A stretch of DNA of 32,000 nucleotides from Mycobacterium tuberculosis H37Rv (lineage in GTDB: Bacteria; Actinomycetota; Actinomycetes; Mycobacteriales; Mycobacteriaceae). A program made the translations under genes and the position numbers. A model generated the notes under the pieces. It was given only the letters and a program-made list of their open reading frames with translations. It did no database searches and was not told where the DNA came from. The stretch covers positions 2,880,001 to 2,912,000 of the forward strand of contig NC_000962.3 of NCBI RefSeq assembly GCF_000195955.2, read 5' to 3'. Shown here one piece after another: positions 27,826 to 32,000 of the stretch; the stretch's first letter is position 1, and each line of letters starts with the position of its first letter.

Positions 27826-30207
27826 CTACGCGGCCGAGGTCACCCGGTAGACGTCGTAGACACCTTCGACGTTGCGGACGGCGTTGAGCAGGTGCCCGAG
27901 GTGCTTGGGGTCACCCATCTCGAAGGTGAATCGACTGATCGCCACCCGGTCCCCCGAAGTGGTGACCGACGCGGACAGGATATTGACCTTCTCGTCGGCC
28001 AGTGCGCGCGTCACATCCGACAGCAGCCGGTGCCGGTCGAGTGCCTCGACCTGGATTGCCACCAGAAACACCGACGACGGCGACGGCGCCCATAGCACCT
28101 CGATGATGCGCTCGGCCTGCTGCTGCAGCGATGCGGCGTTGGTGCAGTCGGTGCGGTGCACACTGACCCCGCCGCCACGGGTGACGAACCCCATAATCAC
28201 ATCGCCCGGAACCGGCGTGCAGCACTTGGCCAGCTTGGTCAGCACGCCCGGGGCGCCGGGGACGGAGACCCCGACATCGTCGGTGCTGCGTGGGCGCCGC
28301 GGCATGGTCGCCGGCGTGGACCGCTCGGCGAGTTCCTCTTCCGCCTGGTCGATACCGCCGAGCTCGGCCAACAACCGCTGCACGACGTGTTTCGCCGACA
28401 CGTGCCCCTCACCGATGGCGGTATAGAGTGCTGACACGTCCGCGTAGTGCAGCTCGCGGGCCACCGCCGCCATGGACTCACCATTGACCAAGCGCTGCAA
28501 CGGAAGTCCACCGCGGCGCACCTCGCGGGCCATCGCATCCTTACCGGTCTCCAACGCCTCCTCACGCCGCTCCTTGGCGAACCACTGGCGGATCTTCGTC
28601 TTTGCGCGCGGCGACACCACGAACTGCTGCCAGTCCCGCGACGGCCCGGCGTTCGGCGCCTTGGACGTGAAAACCTCGACAACTTCTCCGTTTTCCAGCT
28701 TGCGTTCCAGCGCTACCAACCGGCCGTTCACTCGGGCGCCGATGCAGCGGTGGCCCACCTCTGTGTGCACCGCGTAAGCGAAGTCCACCGGCGTCGAACC
28801 GGTTGGCAGCGTGATCACGTCGCCCTTGGGGGTAAACACGAAAATCTCTTGCACCGCAAGGTCGTAGCGCAATGATTCCAAGAACTCACCGGGGTCGGCC
28901 GCCTCACGTTGCCAGTCGAGCAGCTGACGCATCCAGGCCATGTCGTCGATCTCCGCGGCGGCATGCGGATGAAGAACACCGTTGCGGCCCTTGGCTTCTT
29001 TGTAGCGCCAATGCGCGGCGATGCCGTATTCGGCGGTGCGGTGCATGTCGCGGGTACGGATCTGCACTTCCAGCGGCTTGCCCTCAGGCCCGACCACAGT
29101 GGTGTGCAGTGACTGGTACACACCGTATCTGGGCTGGGCGATGTAGTCCTTGAACCGACCCGCCATCGGCTGCCATAGCGAATGCACTACGCCGACAGCC
29201 GCGTAGCAGTCCCGGATTTCGTCGCACAGGATGCGCACACCGACCAGGTCGTGGATGTCGTCGAAGTCGCGGCCCTTAACGATCATCTTCTGGTAGATCG
29301 ACCAATAGTGCTTGGGGCGGCCCTCCACCGTCGCCTTGATCTTCGACGCGGTCAGCGTGTTGACGATTTCGGCACGCACCTTGGCCAGGTAGGTGTCCCG
29401 GGACGGCGCGCGACCGGCGACCAGCCGGACGATCTCCTCGTACTTCTTGGGATGCAGGATCGCGAAGGACAGGTCCTCCAACTCCCACTTGACGCTGGCC
29501 ATGCCCAGCCGATGCGCCAGGGGTGCAATGACTTCCAACGTCTCACGGGCCTTGCGGGCCTGCTTCTCCGGCGGCAAGAAGCGCATGGTGCGCATGTTGT
29601 GTAACCGGTCAGCCACCTTTATCACCAGCACCCGCGGATCGCGGGCCATCGCGGTGATCATCTTGCGAATAGTCTCGCCTTCGGCGGCGCTGCCCAACAC
29701 CACCCGATCCAGCTTGGTCACCCCGTCGACGAGATGGCCCACCTCTTCGCCGAATTCCTCGGTCAACGCCTCCAGGGTGTAACCGGTGTCCTCGACGGTG
29801 TCGTGCAGCAGCGCGGCCACCAAAGTGGTGGTGTCCATGCCCAACTCGGCCAGAATGTTGGCAACGGCCAACGGGTGGGTGATGTAGGGATCACCGGACT
29901 GCCGCAACTGGCTGGCATGCCTTTGGTCAGCGACCTCGTAGGCTCGCTGCAAGATCGACAGGTCGGCCTTGGGATAGATCTCCCGGTGCACCGCCACCAA
30001 CGGCTCGAGCACCGGATTGGTGGTGCTGCGCTGGGCGGTCATCCGCCGGGCCAATCGGGCCCGCACCCGACGCGACGCGCTGATGCTGGTCTTAAGAGTC
30101 TCGACCGGCGACTCGGGCGTCTCGAGAGCGGGCTCGAGAGCCGCAGAAGCCTCCGTGGGCGGTGCAACCGCTTGCGCCGTGAGCTGGTCCTCGGCCACGT
30201 TCGTCAC
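27826..30207 (-). CDS. relA: Bifunctional (p)ppGpp synthetase/hydrolase RelA/SpoT homolog
   Basis: 793 aa (790 if GTG at 30198); HD hydrolase [10 protein letters not shown]; synthetase [17 protein letters not shown]; [38 protein letters not shown]; C-terminal ACT. Confidence 0.97.
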
Positions 30208-30228
30208 CTCCGACCTAGAGGATATCCC

Positions 30229-30900
30229 TCACAGGCGGCTCAGGCTGTGCACCGGCAGCGGTGCGAGCGCCGCGCGACCGCTCAACCCCGCAAGTTCCAC
30301 CACTACGGCCGCCCCGGCCACGTTGGCGCCACCGCGCTCAAGCAGGCGTCGCGTCGCGCCGATGGTGCCGCCGGTTGCTAACACGTCGTCAATGATCACG
30401 ACACGGCGGCCCGCAACCTCGATGCCCTCAGCGAGAATCTCCAGAGTGGCGGCGCCGTACGCCCTGTAGTACTCCTCGCTGAGCACCGGCCGGGGCAGCT
30501 TGCCGCCCTTGCGAACGGCCAGCACACCCACTTCGAGCCGGGTGGCGACCGCGGCTGCCACCAGAAACCCGCGGGCGTCGACGCCGGCCACCAGGTCAGC
30601 TCCGGACGCCCGATCGGCCAGCGCTTCGGTTACCGCGGCCAATCCTCTTCGGTCGGCGAATAGCGGGGTGAGGTCCTTGAACTCGACGCCGGGAACCGGA
30701 AAGTCGGCCACATCCCGGGTCAGCGACGCAACCACGTCGGCCACAGATATGGCTGAGCTCCGGCGGGACTCACCGAGCGCCAATACCCGCCCGTCGTCGA
30801 CCCAACGCTGCCGGCGGCGCTTCCCCCGTGCCTTTAAGGAGAGCCCCGTCGCGATCACGTTCAACACGTAGTCACCAGCCCATGTACCGCCATGGCACAC
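30229..30900 (-). CDS. apt: Adenine phosphoribosyltransferase
   Basis: 223 aa; [26 protein letters not shown] loop [16 protein letters not shown]; alternative start GTG 30744 gives 171 aa. Confidence 0.93.
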
Positions 30901-31003
30901 ATCCTCTCCCAGACAGCCCGGAGCACCTGCGACACTACGCTCCGATAGGTCCGCTTCTCGTCGTGGAATTCTGTCAATTACCTGCAGATGGCACTGGCCA
31001 TCG

Positions 31004-32000
31004 TCACCGCGCCAGCGCCCAGCGATCCATGTTCCACCCTGCCCCCCATCGCGTCGGATTCCTGCTCACCGCATACATTTTCGTCGACATCAACAACGTG
31101 CGCTGCTGCCGGTACAACGGCAAGGTTGGCATCTCATCCCAGAGCACCGGCGCGGCCTCGGCAAGCAACCTGGCCCGCTCGGCGGGGTCGGCCGACACCG
31201 CGAGCGCGCTGATGATGCCGTCGATCTGAGCGTTTGCGTACCCCGATAGATTGTTTCCGTTGCCGCTGTGCAAGTCATAGGCATCCATCGCACACGATCC
31301 GCTCGATCCGCTGCCGGTGGCCCCACCGGTGCTCGCCAACAATACGTCAATCTTTCCGTCCCGCAGCGCTTGCGGTCCGGGTGTGTCCACCGTCACATCC
31401 GAAACGGTGATCCCGGCCGGGGCGCAGGCGTCGGCAATGGTTCCGATGGTGGCCGCCAACCGAGCGTTGGGCCTGCCGTAGCCGATCCGCACGGTCAGCG
31501 GCGTACCACCCAGCGCGTCGCGAGCGGCGGCGGGGTCCACCCGGCCGAACTGACGTGCTTCGGCGGCGCCGTCGGCATCGGTGAGGGCATCGTCGGTCGC
31601 CGGGGACAGCCGCGAGTTGGCAATCGGAACCCCGGCATCCCGAGCGATCGCGTCCCGGGGTACACACAACGCGAGCGCGCGGCGGGTGCGGCTTTGCGCG
31701 AGTGAACCTTGTGGTGCGAAGATCAGCTGCTCGATCCCGGCCGACGGGTAGTCGGTGCGCTGGTAGCTGTCGGGGGTTACCAGGGATCCCGATGAACCGG
31801 CCGCGACGTCGACCACGTCGACGCTGCGGTTGTTGACCCGGTCTTGGATATCGGCTCCCTGCGGCCAGACGGTGATCCGCTTCGTGATCGCCTTGGTGCC
31901 CCACCAACGATCATTGGCGACGAGCACCACGGCGCCATCGTCCAGGACGGATTCGATCTTGTACGGTCCCGACGAGGGGAAGCGGCTGCGGACTTCGTCG
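31004..32000 (-). CDS. Peptide/oligopeptide-binding lipoprotein (SBP family 5; Rv2585c-like), 5' end beyond window
   Basis: Frame remains open to window edge: [45 protein letters not shown]...; typical DppA/OppA-like sequence. Confidence 0.88.
   Translation of the reverse strand, partial: DEVRSRFPSSGPYKIESVLDDGAVVLVANDRWWGTKAITKRITVWPQGADIQDRVNNRSVDVVDVAAGSSGSLVTPDSYQRTDYPSAGIEQLIFAPQGSLAQSRTRRALALCVPRDAIARDAGVPIANSRLSPATDDALTDADGAAEARQFGRVDPAAARDALGGTPLTVRIGYGRPNARLAATIGTIADACAPAGITVSDVTVDTPGPQALRDGKIDVLLASTGGATGSGSSGSCAMDAYDLHSGNGNNLSGYANAQIDGIISALAVSADPAERARLLAEAAPVLWDEMPTLPLYRQQRTLLMSTKMYAVSRNPTRWGAGWNMDRWALAR

Noticed and set aside
31268-31705. 145-aa plus-strand ORF opposite the peptide-binding lipoprotein
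   Set aside because: Antisense shadow of a clearly coding SBP gene.

Overview
High-GC actinobacterial chromosome. Gene order and sequence match, from memory, the Mycobacterium tuberculosis complex region Rv2560-Rv2585c (no database was run). It is gene-dense and mostly conserved. I see no CRISPR array, IS element, tRNA or rRNA. Main blocks: (1) a Pro/Gly-rich membrane protein, a frameshifted DUF2652/cyclase-like gene, a MacB/LolC-type permease with an ATPase carrying a cNMP-binding domain, and a cNMP-binding/patatin protein; (2) a transglutaminase + DUF2126, circularly permuted ATP-grasp/alpha-E, zinc-ribbon metallopeptidase, and second transglutaminase cluster, a predicted peptide-ligation type system and the most interesting little-characterised system here; (3) aspS, a ketopantoate-reductase-like protein, an SRPBCC protein, a secreted zinc metallopeptidase, an MmpS-like secreted protein, a Tat purple acid phosphatase, a radical SAM protein and haloalkane dehalogenase; (4) hisS, glyoxalase II-like, ppiB, relA, apt, and a truncated peptide-binding lipoprotein. 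Non-coding signals include a LexA/SOS box in a divergent promoter region, a 23-bp inverted repeat between convergent ppiB and relA, a perfect 8-bp-arm palindrome upstream of the acid phosphatase gene, a probable ATT/ATC start for the reductase, and a degenerate ORF next to hisS.
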